64,000 bases of DNA from Clostridium sp. (GCF_036642255.1 NZ_JAVWDJ010000003.1:66474-130473); one strand, 5' to 3'; positions 1 through 9,466 are shown, numbered from the stretch's first letter. Numbers and translations are program-made. Notes: generated from the sequence alone by a model not told the origin.

Positions 1-12
1 AGAGGTGTAAGT

Positions 13-987
13 ATGAAAAGAATACTGTTTTTTGCACATAGTTCTAAATATACTCTTGGACTGCCCCAGGGCTTTAAAGAATTGAACTGCCCTGTTTTTG
101 TCCTGAGGGATTTAAGTAGAAGTTCTATAACAGACGCAATTGACAACTTTAGGCCTGATATTATGATAACCACGGGATGGGCTTACCGCAGGTATAGCCG
201 TGAGCATATAGAGGAGCTTACGAAAAGAGCTTCTAAATATAAGGTGAAACATGTGTATTGGGCAACTGAAGATCCAAGATGGACGGAAAAGTGTTCCTTC
301 AGGTGTATTGAAACCTTTAAACCTAATGCAATTATGACCATACATCCTGGTAGTGTAAATAAATACAGAGAGCTTGGGCTTCCCTCCGGGCATCTGGATT
401 TTGGTTGCAATCCGGAGTTCAATAAGAGTGAACCTCCAATCAGTAAATACGATTATGATGTGGTTTTAATCGGAAATGGTGGAAGAGAGTGGAAGTCATA
501 TCGTAAGAATAGCGTTCAGATATTACTTAAGCCTTTGGTGGAAAGAGGATATAACATTGCTATTTGGGGTAAGCGATGGGACCGTTTTAATGAGGAACTA
601 ATGGGTTTTAAGATCCCAACGCATATGCTTAAAGGTGAACTACCTTATGAGGAAACAAATAAAGTATATAATTCAGCCAGAATTATATTAGGTTTGCAAA
701 ATGATCATGACATGTTAACATCTCGGACTTTTGAGGTACTGGGTTCGGGGGGTTTTTTGCTTACGGTATCAACACAATCTGTCACCAAGCTGTTTATAAA
801 TAATGTTCACCTGTCGTGTGCCTCTTCCCCAGAGGATACAGTTCACCTGGTAAATTATTTTCTTAAAAATACCGCAGCACGGCAAGAAATAGCCCGCAAT
901 GGTCAGCGGTCGGTTTATTTAAAACATACTTATAAGGAACGGGCCAGACAAATTCTTGATTTCTGCAGTTTAGTTGAAAGGAAATGA
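13..987 (+). CDS. CgeB-family (spore maturation) glycosyltransferase, GT-B fold
   Basis: 324 aa ORF, RBS AGAGGTG at 1-7; YWATEDP, DFGCNP, IWGKRW and C-terminal RTFEVLGSGGFLLT...HTYKERA motifs typical of CgeB/Glyco_trans_1_2 proteins. Confidence 0.8.
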   Translation: MKRILFFAHSSKYTLGLPQGFKELNCPVFVLRDLSRSSITDAIDNFRPDIMITTGWAYRRYSREHIEELTKRASKYKVKHVYWATEDPRWTEKCSFRCIETFKPNAIMTIHPGSVNKYRELGLPSGHLDFGCNPEFNKSEPPISKYDYDVVLIGNGGREWKSYRKNSVQILLKPLVERGYNIAIWGKRWDRFNEELMGFKIPTHMLKGELPYEETNKVYNSARIILGLQNDHDMLTSRTFEVLGSGGFLLTVSTQSVTKLFINNVHLSCASSPEDTVHLVNYFLKNTAARQEIARNGQRSVYLKHTYKERARQILDFCSLVERK

Positions 988-994
988 AATTGAA

Positions 995-1855
995 ATGGAT
1001 AATCAGAAAACTATTAAACAAAAAGTTTCTTTAATTGGTACTAGCATTGCTGGAGAAACTGATGCAAAGGTAACTTTTTATCCAGCCCCGCCGAGTACTG
1101 GTATAATATTTATCCGTAATGACCTGCCAGGCTGCCCTAAAGTAAAATGCTCATTTGAAAAAGCAAAGGTTGAATACAGATGGACTTCTCTTGTTGATGG
1201 AGCTGTTCGCATTGAACACACGGAGCATGCCTTAGCAGCCTTATCAGGATTAGGACTAGACAACGTATTTATTGAGCTGGAACAGGCCAGCCTGCCAGTA
1301 ACAGAGGATTACAGCAGTAAAAAGTTCAAAGAAGCGCTCACGGGAGCTGGGATAGTGGAACAAAATGCCAAGAAGGAAATGATAAAAATACTTAAGCCCA
1401 TTATTGTATATCAACGTGAAAGCTTAGGGGATATGGAATATGAAAAGTTCCTGATAGCTCTTCCCTACCATGGATTTAAACTAACCTATGTGATCGACTA
1501 TCCCAATCTGCCGCAACTAACTCAAGTAGCTGAAATGGACATAACTCCCGAAACCTTTGCTAAAGAGCTGGCAGATGCCCGTTCTTATATAATTGAGTCA
1601 GAGGTTGAAGAGGTTGTAAACCTCACTGGGAAAGTCAGCTCAAATGTATTGGTTGTGAAATCCGGGGCTGAGTACAGGTCTTGGAAATGGCCCAATGAAC
1701 CTGCCCGACATAAAGTGCTTGACCTTCTCGGAGACCTTGGCCTACTTGGGAAAAAGGTACAGGGACATGTGATAGGCTTCAGATCCGGTCACCGGTTAAA
1801 TCTAGAGTTGTGCAAAAATATTTATGAGGAGTGTAGTGATGATCGCTTTAGCTAA
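995..1855 (+). CDS. LpxC-like Zn-dependent UDP-N-acetylhexosamine deacetylase
   Basis: TEHALAALSGLGLDN (E78/H79 equivalent), RHKVLDLLGDL (H238/K239/D242) and RSGHRLN (H265) motifs; N-terminal KTIKQKVSLIG and TGIIFIRNDL; ATG at 995 preferred over TTG 974. Confidence 0.85.
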   Translation: MDNQKTIKQKVSLIGTSIAGETDAKVTFYPAPPSTGIIFIRNDLPGCPKVKCSFEKAKVEYRWTSLVDGAVRIEHTEHALAALSGLGLDNVFIELEQASLPVTEDYSSKKFKEALTGAGIVEQNAKKEMIKILKPIIVYQRESLGDMEYEKFLIALPYHGFKLTYVIDYPNLPQLTQVAEMDITPETFAKELADARSYIIESEVEEVVNLTGKVSSNVLVVKSGAEYRSWKWPNEPARHKVLDLLGDLGLLGKKVQGHVIGFRSGHRLNLELCKNIYEECSDDRFS

Positions 1856-2918
1856 ACCTATGCTTGGTATAGAGGAAAAAATACTTGTGAATGAAGTTCT
1901 TTCCAGTGGAAAGCTAGCCCAGGGAGAATATGTGGAAATGTTTGAACGGGACTTTGCCCTATTCCAGGGCAGCAAGCACAGCATCGCCACCTCTTCAGGC
2001 ACCTCTGCCCTTCATGTGGCACTGCTGTCTTTAGGTATTAAACCTGGGGACAAAGTTATAACCACACCTTTCTCATTTATTGCAACTTCAAATGCCATAC
2101 TTTATGCGCAAGCTGTTCCTGTGTTTTGTGACATTAATCTGGAGGATTACAACATGTCGCCTCAAGAGCTGCAAGATACCATGAAAAGACATCCTGATGC
2201 AAAAGCAATCCTAGTAGTTCATCTTTACGGCTATCCAGCTCCTATGACAGAGATAATGGCAATAGCCAATGAATACAAGCTGCCAGTGATAGAGGATTGT
2301 GCACAAGCTCACGGTGCATCCATCAATAGTAAGAAAGTCGGAACCTTTGGGCACTGTGGGGTTTTTAGCTTTTATCCTACAAAAAACATGACCTGCGGAG
2401 AAGGGGGCATGGTTGTGACCGATGACAAAGAGCTGGCTGATAAGGCCAGGAGTTTCATAAACCATGGACAGATAGCCAAATACCGTCATGATGCACTTGG
2501 CTACAATTACAGGATGACCAATATCCATGCAGCAATCGGCATAGAACAGTTGCGCAAGCTGCCTTACTTCAATGAAAGTCGCAAAGCTATTGCAGCACGA
2601 TATTTAAGGGAGATAACCAACACCGCTTTTACTAAGCCCGTATGCTTACCGGGTTTTGAGCATGTATATCACCAATTTACCCTTGGGGTGAACAATCGCA
2701 GGGATTTCATAGAATTTCTGGAAACACAGGGTATTGGCTATGGTATCCATTATCCCACAGCTATCCCTGACCAGCCCCTGTATCAGCAGGGAGAAATCTT
2801 GGGATCTTTCACAAATGCCCGAATAGCTGCTGAAAGGGTAGTTTCAATACCTGTTCACCCTGGATTAACAGAACAGGAGGTTGATTACATTGTCAGCAGC
2901 TTGCAAAGATATGAATGA
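1839..2918 (+). CDS. DegT/DnrJ/EryC1/StrS family PLP-dependent sugar aminotransferase
   Basis: SSGTSALH, IEDCAQAHG, SFYPTKNMTCGEGG (PLP Lys), GYNYRM; RBS GAGGAG before ATG 1839. Confidence 0.92.
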   Translation: MIALAKPMLGIEEKILVNEVLSSGKLAQGEYVEMFERDFALFQGSKHSIATSSGTSALHVALLSLGIKPGDKVITTPFSFIATSNAILYAQAVPVFCDINLEDYNMSPQELQDTMKRHPDAKAILVVHLYGYPAPMTEIMAIANEYKLPVIEDCAQAHGASINSKKVGTFGHCGVFSFYPTKNMTCGEGGMVVTDDKELADKARSFINHGQIAKYRHDALGYNYRMTNIHAAIGIEQLRKLPYFNESRKAIAARYLREITNTAFTKPVCLPGFEHVYHQFTLGVNNRRDFIEFLETQGIGYGIHYPTAIPDQPLYQQGEILGSFTNARIAAERVVSIPVHPGLTEQEVDYIVSSLQRYE

Positions 2919-3936
2919 AATCAATGGTACTCTTAGTGTATTGGTTACAGGTGCAGGTTCCGTATACGGACTAGGTATTATCAGGTCACTGAAAGAATCG
3001 GTGCTTCCTGTTGAAACAATAGCAATTGACTCTAACCCATATTCCCTAGGTTTATTTGTTGCCCACAAAAGCTTTATCGCTCCCAAGGTAGCAGCTGAAG
3101 AAAGCTATTATATGTTTATTAAAGATCTTTGTATAAATTATCAGATTAAAGGAATATTTATCGGCTCCACAGCGGAACTTCCCTTTTATTCAAGAAATAG
3201 AGAATCCCTTGAAAGAGCTACAGGAACAAAGGTGTTTGTAAATTCTCCTGAAGTGATAGATCTTTGCACCGATAAGTGGCTCACCATGTGCCATTTATCA
3301 CGCTGCGGTTTTCAAATTCCTGCAAGTATCAGGTATCCTGAAGATGCTGGTATGCTCTCCTCATTTATTGAAAGTACTGGGTTTCCCTTGATAGTGAAGC
3401 CGCGTTTTGGACGTGGCTCAGTAGGTGTTGTTTTAGTTAAGGATGAGCAGGTGCTGCTTGAAAATATAAAGGATAAGAAAAGCCTACTTATACAGGAATA
3501 CCTTACAGATGAGGAGCAAGAGTTTACCGTAGGGATTTGCATAAATCAACAGGGAGAGGTGATTTCCAAAATCGCTTTAAGGAGGTATTTGCTGGAAGGA
3601 GTTTCTATTGCTGCAGTTTCTGATGATTATCACCACATTGCAGATTATTGTGCTATGGTTGCAAGTACACTGGGAGCCTATGGGGCTATAAATATTCAAT
3701 TGCGCCTTAAAGATTGCAAGCCAGTAATTTTTGAAATAAATCCCAGATTCAGCAGTTCTACAGGCATGCGGTTACTATTTGGAATAAATGAGCCGGAAAG
3801 CTTAATACGCTCAGAAGTGCTTTGCCAGGAGGTAATACCCGGCAGCCCAGCAACTGGCCTTGTATTGAGGCAATACATGGATTATTACTTCCCATTAGAT
3901 AAGCTTAACTCCCTTTCTACAGCCAGGCCTAATTAG
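2911..3936 (+). CDS. ATP-grasp domain ligase (carbamoyl-phosphate-synthase-like fold)
   Basis: VLVTGAG, DKWLT, PLIVKPRFGRGS, IQEYL, FEINPRFSSS motifs; ATG overlaps upstream stop (ATGAATGA). Confidence 0.85.
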   Translation: MNEINGTLSVLVTGAGSVYGLGIIRSLKESVLPVETIAIDSNPYSLGLFVAHKSFIAPKVAAEESYYMFIKDLCINYQIKGIFIGSTAELPFYSRNRESLERATGTKVFVNSPEVIDLCTDKWLTMCHLSRCGFQIPASIRYPEDAGMLSSFIESTGFPLIVKPRFGRGSVGVVLVKDEQVLLENIKDKKSLLIQEYLTDEEQEFTVGICINQQGEVISKIALRRYLLEGVSIAAVSDDYHHIADYCAMVASTLGAYGAINIQLRLKDCKPVIFEINPRFSSSTGMRLLFGINEPESLIRSEVLCQEVIPGSPATGLVLRQYMDYYFPLDKLNSLSTARPN

Positions 3937-3963
3937 ATATAAATATTTACGTGAAAATTATTG

Positions 3964-3998
3964 AAAACCACCACTAATTAATTGGTGGTGGTTTTTTT
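3964..3998 (+). terminator. Rho-independent terminator of the glycosylation operon
   Basis: AAAACCACCAC-N-GTGGTGGTTTTTTT stem with U tract. Confidence 0.85.
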
Positions 3999-4151
3999 AT
4001 TTATAGAATCTAGCAGCAGTGACTATTAGTCAAACTGCTCGATTTTTGGTTTAGATCCAGTGTCCTAAAATGGTTGTCAGTTGTTGAAAAAGTGCAGGTA
4101 TTGAGTACGGACCTAAAGCGCCGACTATGGTATGTTATTTTACGCTAAGAC

Positions 4152-4174
4152 CTCATTTATTTATGATACGGTTC
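4152..4174. repeat. Dispersed 23-nt repeat, copy 1
   Basis: CTCATTTATTTATGATACGGTTC; 22/23 identical to 18078-18100. Confidence 0.6.
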
Positions 4175-4245
4175 CCATGTCATTATTCCAAATTACTATA
4201 CCTTATGATTTTGACCTAGGTCAATATTTTGGACACAATTTTTTA

Positions 4246-4985
4246 TCAGTTTGACGCCTTAGCCAAGTCTTCTTTAGCCTGAGGCGTTAAATAACTAATT
4301 GACCCATGAATTCTCTGCCTGTTATACCACCCCTCAATATACTTAAAGAGCGCCAGCCTTGCGGCAGCAAAATCATAGTATGTTACACGATTAACTTCTT
4401 CTTTCTTTAAGATAGAATGAAAAGACGCTATACAAGCATTATCGTAAGGACACCCTTTACCGCTGTACGAGGCTGTAATGTCGTATCTTTTTAGTTGCTC
4501 TATAAACGCTTCGCTAGTATACTGTGTTCCAAGATCAGAGTGAAAAATAACGGAGCCGTTAGGCCTTTGTGTTTCGTATGCATTTTTTAAGGCTGCAATA
4601 ATTAAGTTTGTATCCATGGTTTTTGAAAATGAATATCCAACTATCTTTCTTGTGTGAATATCCATAACTGATGCTATATTTAACCTTTTCGTAAGCCTCT
4701 GAACTCGTTTAATGCTTATTTTAAAGCCTTGATTTGTGAGCAGTTTATGAATTTTGGGTGCACCATATCGCTTGCTACTCTTTTTATAAATAGCAAGTAT
4801 CTCAGATTCATATTTTTGATTTTCAATAGTCCTCTTACTTGGAGTCTTATCCAGGAACTTGTAATAAGTACTCCTGGGTATGTTGAGCACTTACACATAG
4901 TTTTAACCGAATAGTTCCCCTTATTTTCATCAATAAAATCTAATATGGATATTCTTCCTTTGCGAATATGGCGATAGCTTTTTTT
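4246..4985 (-). pseudogene. IS3-family OrfB integrase, inactivated
   Basis: 1-nt deletion near 4890 (TMCK|VLNIPRSTYY); in-frame deletion near 4675 removing the W-x-TDITY segment; catalytic Glu replaced (NACIASF instead of NACIESF); HSDLGTQY retained. Confidence 0.85.
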
Positions 4986-5272
4986 AATATTTCATTTTCC
5001 TCTTTAATGCGTTCATTTTCCTTTTGAAGCTTAATCAACTCTTTGTCTTTATCCACAGCCTTCGGCTTATCATCAATTTTTATTATAGGCTTCTTTGATT
5101 CATTGCTAGGTGGGTTCTTAATCCACTTATATAGGGTTGCACTTGTTACGCCATATTCGCTGCATAGTTCAAGCACTGGCTTGCCTGAATTATATACCTC
5201 TATTAACATTTTCTTAAAATCGTACGTATATATCTTTCCTGTAACTCTCACACGGACACTTCCTTCCAACAT
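4940..5272 (-). CDS. IS3-family transposase OrfA (HTH)
   Basis: YTYDFKKMLIEVY..G...YGVTSATLYKW HTH and leucine-zipper ENEILKKAIAIF. Confidence 0.85.
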   Translation of the reverse strand: MLEGSVRVRVTGKIYTYDFKKMLIEVYNSGKPVLELCSEYGVTSATLYKWIKNPPSNESKKPIIKIDDKPKAVDKDKELIKLQKENERIKEENEILKKAIAIFAKEEYPY

Positions 5273-5574
5273 TGATATATTAACTTGTTATCTGTACTCG
5301 TGTCCATTAAATTATACTAACACTATTAGATAAATTTTTACTTACTTGCTTATTATAACATAAAAAAGCCATGGACTTATAAAATGCACATCAATGAATT
5401 CGGTTTAGTTTAATTCCTTACTCTTTTTTATAAAACATATGAGTTTACCCCTATTTTTCTTTCTTAACATTTAATCTTAGTAACAACTGTCTACTTCACA
5501 TTATGTAGCACTTCTCAGAATATGAAATATATTATTAGTGAAGTTTATATTCTATCAATATAAAGGAGTATTAT

Positions 5575-6150
5575 ATGTATAATAACAAATTTCCCTACTA
5601 TCCTCACTACATGAATCATGCTACTTACTCCTCCTTAAATGCAAAGTTAAGGAATACATCATTAAAATTTGCACCTTTCAGTGGTACCGTTACAAAGATT
5701 GAAGACTTTTACACAAGCGAAGATGATGCATCAGTAGGCTGCTATAAAATGATGTCACTGGAAAGCATCGACATGGGACCAGTAAATTTTGTGATATCCC
5801 CAGAAACTTATTTTTTAGACCATGAATTGGTAGAGGTAGGAGATGAGGTAACTGGATTCTACGATGCAAATGCACCTGCCCTCCTTATTTATCCGCCGCA
5901 ATACCCTGCAATTGTTATGGTGAAAGACACAGTATATGAAAATGTTACTGTAGACTATTTTAACAATCAGCTTATAAGCAGCGATGGAAATTTGAAACTA
6001 AATATCGCCCCATTTACTGAGGTAATTTTGAGAAACGATCAGCTTTTTAACGGATTACCTAGAAATAAAAACCTAATTGTTGTTTATGGCCCTACTACCA
6101 AGAGCATACCTCCTCAAACTACACCTTATAAAATCATTGTTCTTTGCTAA
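5575..6150 (+). CDS. Hypothetical protein, possibly sporulation-associated
   Basis: 191 aa ORF, RBS AAAGGAG; Tyr/Pro/His-rich N-terminus, C-terminal TTKSIPPQT. Confidence 0.65.
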   Translation: MYNNKFPYYPHYMNHATYSSLNAKLRNTSLKFAPFSGTVTKIEDFYTSEDDASVGCYKMMSLESIDMGPVNFVISPETYFLDHELVEVGDEVTGFYDANAPALLIYPPQYPAIVMVKDTVYENVTVDYFNNQLISSDGNLKLNIAPFTEVILRNDQLFNGLPRNKNLIVVYGPTTKSIPPQTTPYKIIVLC

Positions 6151-6373
6151 ATTAATCTATATTATATTAATACATGCAATTTGCTTCAATTCAGAGAGAG
6201 GGTGTAATTACCCTCCTTCTTATATTGCAAAAGAAGTATATAATGTTCTCAGTTATACTATGGCTACTGAAAACATTCCTTCCTTTTTTGTTGTTATGCA
6301 GATTTTTTGGTATTTTGAATTTTCTTTCAATTTTGGTATAATATATATAACTAAATAGACGGGGGGAAATATT

Positions 6374-7654
6374 ATGACAATAAATTGTGAAAGAGAATTT
6401 GAACTTTTAAAAAAGATTGGTTTTGTAAGAACCAGCGGTTCAGAAGAAGAATTAAGAGCTGCAAACATTTTACTGGAAGAAGTAGCTTCAATAGGCTGCA
6501 GCGGACACTTAGAGGATTTTAAAGTTCCTACTTCTAAAATAAAAAAAGCTACACTAAAGGTAGTTGAGCCTTTTGAAAGGGAATATGAGATTACACCATA
6601 TAACTGCTCCATTAGTACACCTGAAGGTGGAATAACTACAGATTTTATATATATAGAAGATGGACTAGATGCAAATTTAGTTGATCTTAAAGGAAAGTTT
6701 GTACTTATGAACATGGGGCCAAACCCTAAGGTTTACAAAAAACTTATGAAAGCTGGCATCGCTGGTTATATAACTATGAGCGGTACTGCCAGGGACGAAG
6801 AAGACAAAACTGATATTACTGTAGCTAGAATGCGTGAAAAGAATACTCAATATGGAAAAGTAACTGCTTTAAATATTCGAATGAAAGACGGCTTTCATAT
6901 GGTTCAAAACAAAGCCTCTAAGGTTAAAGTAGAACTAATTACTGAAGATATAGAACTTACTTCTCATAATGTGGTGGTAACCTTAGAAGGTACTAAATAC
7001 CCTGATGAAATAATATCCTTTGGTGCTCACTATGATAGTGTTCCTTTCAGTACAGGGGTATATGACAATGGTGCTGGTTCAGTTATTATAATGGAACTTC
7101 TTAGACACTTTAAGGAAAATCCACCAATGAGAACTTTAAAATTTGTATGGTACGGCTCTGAGGAAGTTGGGCTTCTTGGAAGTAAAGCTTATTTAAAAGC
7201 TCATGAAGAAGAACTTAAAAACCATCTTCTAATGATCAACGTAGATGTGGCTGGATCAATTCTTGGAAAAGAAATGGCTTTAGTTACTGCTGAGCAAAGC
7301 TTAGTTGATTATATTAATCATATGGCTAAAATTAAAGGCTTCCCACTTAAGGTAGATCAAGATATCTACTCAAGTGATTCCACAGCCTTTGCTGATGCAG
7401 GAATTCCTTCTCTTACCTTCTGCCGTTTTGCACCTCAAGGGGGAGCTTTTATCCATACTCGACACGATGTTATGGACTATTTAAGTGCTGAAGCTTTAGA
7501 AAAAACTACTGTTATAACTAAAGATTTCAGTGAATCAGTGGTAAACTCAGTGGTATTCCCAATTGAAAGAAAAATTCCAGAAAATATGAGAAAGAAATTA
7601 GATGAATACTTTGGTAAAGATACTGAAAAAGAGGAATCATCTGAAAAGAAATAA
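6374..7654 (+). CDS. M28 family metallopeptidase with PA-like insert
   Basis: GAHYDSV, GVYDNGAG, GSEEVGLLGS, INVDVAG, IHTRHD Zn-ligand motifs. Confidence 0.9.
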   Translation: MTINCEREFELLKKIGFVRTSGSEEELRAANILLEEVASIGCSGHLEDFKVPTSKIKKATLKVVEPFEREYEITPYNCSISTPEGGITTDFIYIEDGLDANLVDLKGKFVLMNMGPNPKVYKKLMKAGIAGYITMSGTARDEEDKTDITVARMREKNTQYGKVTALNIRMKDGFHMVQNKASKVKVELITEDIELTSHNVVVTLEGTKYPDEIISFGAHYDSVPFSTGVYDNGAGSVIIMELLRHFKENPPMRTLKFVWYGSEEVGLLGSKAYLKAHEEELKNHLLMINVDVAGSILGKEMALVTAEQSLVDYINHMAKIKGFPLKVDQDIYSSDSTAFADAGIPSLTFCRFAPQGGAFIHTRHDVMDYLSAEALEKTTVITKDFSESVVNSVVFPIERKIPENMRKKLDEYFGKDTEKEESSEKK

Positions 7655-7661
7655 TAGCGAG

Positions 7662-7693
7662 AAAGGCTTACATCCTGGGATGTAAGCCTTTTT
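7662..7693 (+). terminator. Rho-independent terminator
   Basis: AAAGGCTTACATCC-TG-GGATGTAAGCCTTTTT. Confidence 0.9.
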
Positions 7694-7705
7694 ATTTAAA
7701 TAGCT

Positions 7706-7804
7706 TGTTTTTACTGCTGTAAAAAATAGGCCATCATATTTACTATCGCAAGCCATGATTCTTTCCCACATCTCTTCAAAGGAGAGATTGATTTTGGTCG
7801 CCAT
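7706..7804 (-). pseudogene. 5' remnant of AdaA/Ada metal-binding DNA-repair regulator
   Basis: Manual translation MATKINLSFEEMWERIMACDSKYDGLFFTAVKT with good RBS; similarity stops just before the Zn-binding CRPSC motif. Confidence 0.7.
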
Positions 7805-7931
7805 TTAACCACTTCCCTTCACCTTATGCTGTACATTTTGCTTTTCTCATAATATTAGCTGAGTTAATTTTAGCAAGTAATCCATATTAATTTCGTCCTG
7901 ATTCTTGCTGTTATGGTGTTCATTCTAAAAC

Positions 7932-7967
7932 AAGACCCTCAGTCCTAATTACAAGGCTGAGGGTTTC
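7932..7967 (-). terminator. Terminator downstream of the aldo/keto reductase
   Basis: ACCCTCAGTC...GGCTGAGGGT inverted repeat. Confidence 0.65.
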
Positions 7968-8068
7968 TATAGTATAATATATTATTTTAGTTATATCACT
8001 TACAGCAACATAAAGTAAATAGTTACAAGCTTAAATTTAAGGTTAATATTCCAAAGAGAAAAGAGATA

Positions 8069-9274
8069 TTACCACAATTTAAACAATCCAACTGCTGCTT
8101 TAGCAATTTTATAAACAGGAGTTTCAAGTTCCCTTTTCACATTCTTTAATTCCTTGCGAATTTCAATGTTCTGTGGGCAGTGTTTTTCACATTTCCCACA
8201 ATCCACACACTGAGATGCGCTACTTGGTGTCTTTCGCATTACAGTACACATTATATAGTCACGCCAACCTGATTTTCTATTCTCTGAATATATCATATTG
8301 TAACTGTGGAAAGCACCTGGAATATCAACCCCCTTGTGACATGGCACGCAGTAACCACAGCCTGTACATCCAACCTTCACATTCTTATTTATCTCACTCT
8401 TTACCTGGTGTATTAAAGCAAAATCCTCTTCTGAAAACTCACCAACTTTAACTTCTGAGGCAACCCTTATATTTTCTCTTATCATATCAAGGGAATTCAT
8501 GCCAGATAGAACTGAAGTAACTGCCTCTTGGTTCCATAACCACCTAAAGGCCCATTCAGCAGGTGTACGCTTTCTTAAATCCTGTTTGAAAATATCCTTT
8601 GCCTTTTCAGGAAGCAGATTTACCAATCTTCCACCTCTAAGTGGTTCCATTATAATAACTGGTATACCCTTTTTATTTGCATAATCAAGACCTCTTCTAC
8701 CAGCCTGACTGTGCTCATCAATGTAATTGTATTGAATTTGGCAAAAATCCCAATCATATGCATCTACTAATTTTATAAACATATCCGTACTTCCATGATA
8801 GGAAAATCCTATATTTCGGATTTGGCCTTTATCCATTTTTTCCTTTATCCAATCTTCTACCCCTAAAGCTTTTAGACGCTCCCAGGTATCCACATCTGTG
8901 AGCATATGCATCAAATAGTAATCCACATAATCTGTTTGCAGCCTCTTTAATTGTTCTTGAAAATACTTTTCCAGACTATTTTTAGATTTAACCATATAGT
9001 GTGGAAGCTTGGTTGCTATATACACCTTTTCTCTGCAAGAGTTTCTTTTAAGTATTTCCCCAAGTGCTGCTTCACTTCCTACATAAACATAAGCAGTATC
9101 AAAATAATTGACACCGCTTTCGATGGCTTCCATCACTTCTTTTTCAGCTTTGTCCAAGTCAATGCTGGTGCCTTTTTTCGTAAATCGCATGCATCCATAA
9201 CTAAGAATAGATATGCCCTTCCCTTTCCTATCTTTTCTGTACTGCATAACTTTTTTGTTTCCTTCTGATTCCAT
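8069..9274 (-). CDS. Aldo/keto reductase with C-terminal 4Fe-4S dicluster domain
   Basis: SILSYGCMRF, GVNYFDTAYVY, IATKLP, IMEPLRGG; CTGCGYCVPC and CVDCGKCEKHCPQ; start moved to ATG 9274 (RBS AAGGGG). Confidence 0.9.
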   Translation of the reverse strand: MESEGNKKVMQYRKDRKGKGISILSYGCMRFTKKGTSIDLDKAEKEVMEAIESGVNYFDTAYVYVGSEAALGEILKRNSCREKVYIATKLPHYMVKSKNSLEKYFQEQLKRLQTDYVDYYLMHMLTDVDTWERLKALGVEDWIKEKMDKGQIRNIGFSYHGSTDMFIKLVDAYDWDFCQIQYNYIDEHSQAGRRGLDYANKKGIPVIIMEPLRGGRLVNLLPEKAKDIFKQDLRKRTPAEWAFRWLWNQEAVTSVLSGMNSLDMIRENIRVASEVKVGEFSEEDFALIHQVKSEINKNVKVGCTGCGYCVPCHKGVDIPGAFHSYNMIYSENRKSGWRDYIMCTVMRKTPSSASQCVDCGKCEKHCPQNIEIRKELKNVKRELETPVYKIAKAAVGLFKLW

Positions 9275-9466
9275 TAAGTACATCCCCTTATATTTAATTA
9301 ATGCCAATATTGTGGATTCAAAAAACACCGATTCTTTATATTGTATATATGTTCTAGTAATGAAAATACATTTTAGTAATTACTAAATAATCACAACCCT
9401 AAATTACAAAGGTATAAACTTTAATGGAATATATATATGGAATCAGTGCTTATTCTTCTTAAATTA

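Larger units (their letters stand above)
4212..5322 (-). mobile_element. Degenerate IS3-family insertion sequence (about 1.1 kb)
   Basis: Imperfect terminal IRs TG...GGACAC (4212-4236 and reverse complement of 5300-5322), orfA/orfB layout, A7G slippery site at 4978-4985. Confidence 0.85.

Noticed and set aside
995-1855. Evidence that the organism makes lipid A / is a diderm
   Set aside because: No lpxA, lpxD, lpxB, fabZ or outer-membrane genes in the window; neighbours are spore/sugar-tailoring genes. Sequence upstream of base 1 cannot be seen.
4209-5325. Target-site duplication of the IS3 element
   Set aside because: Flanks (TTT vs CTA) do not match
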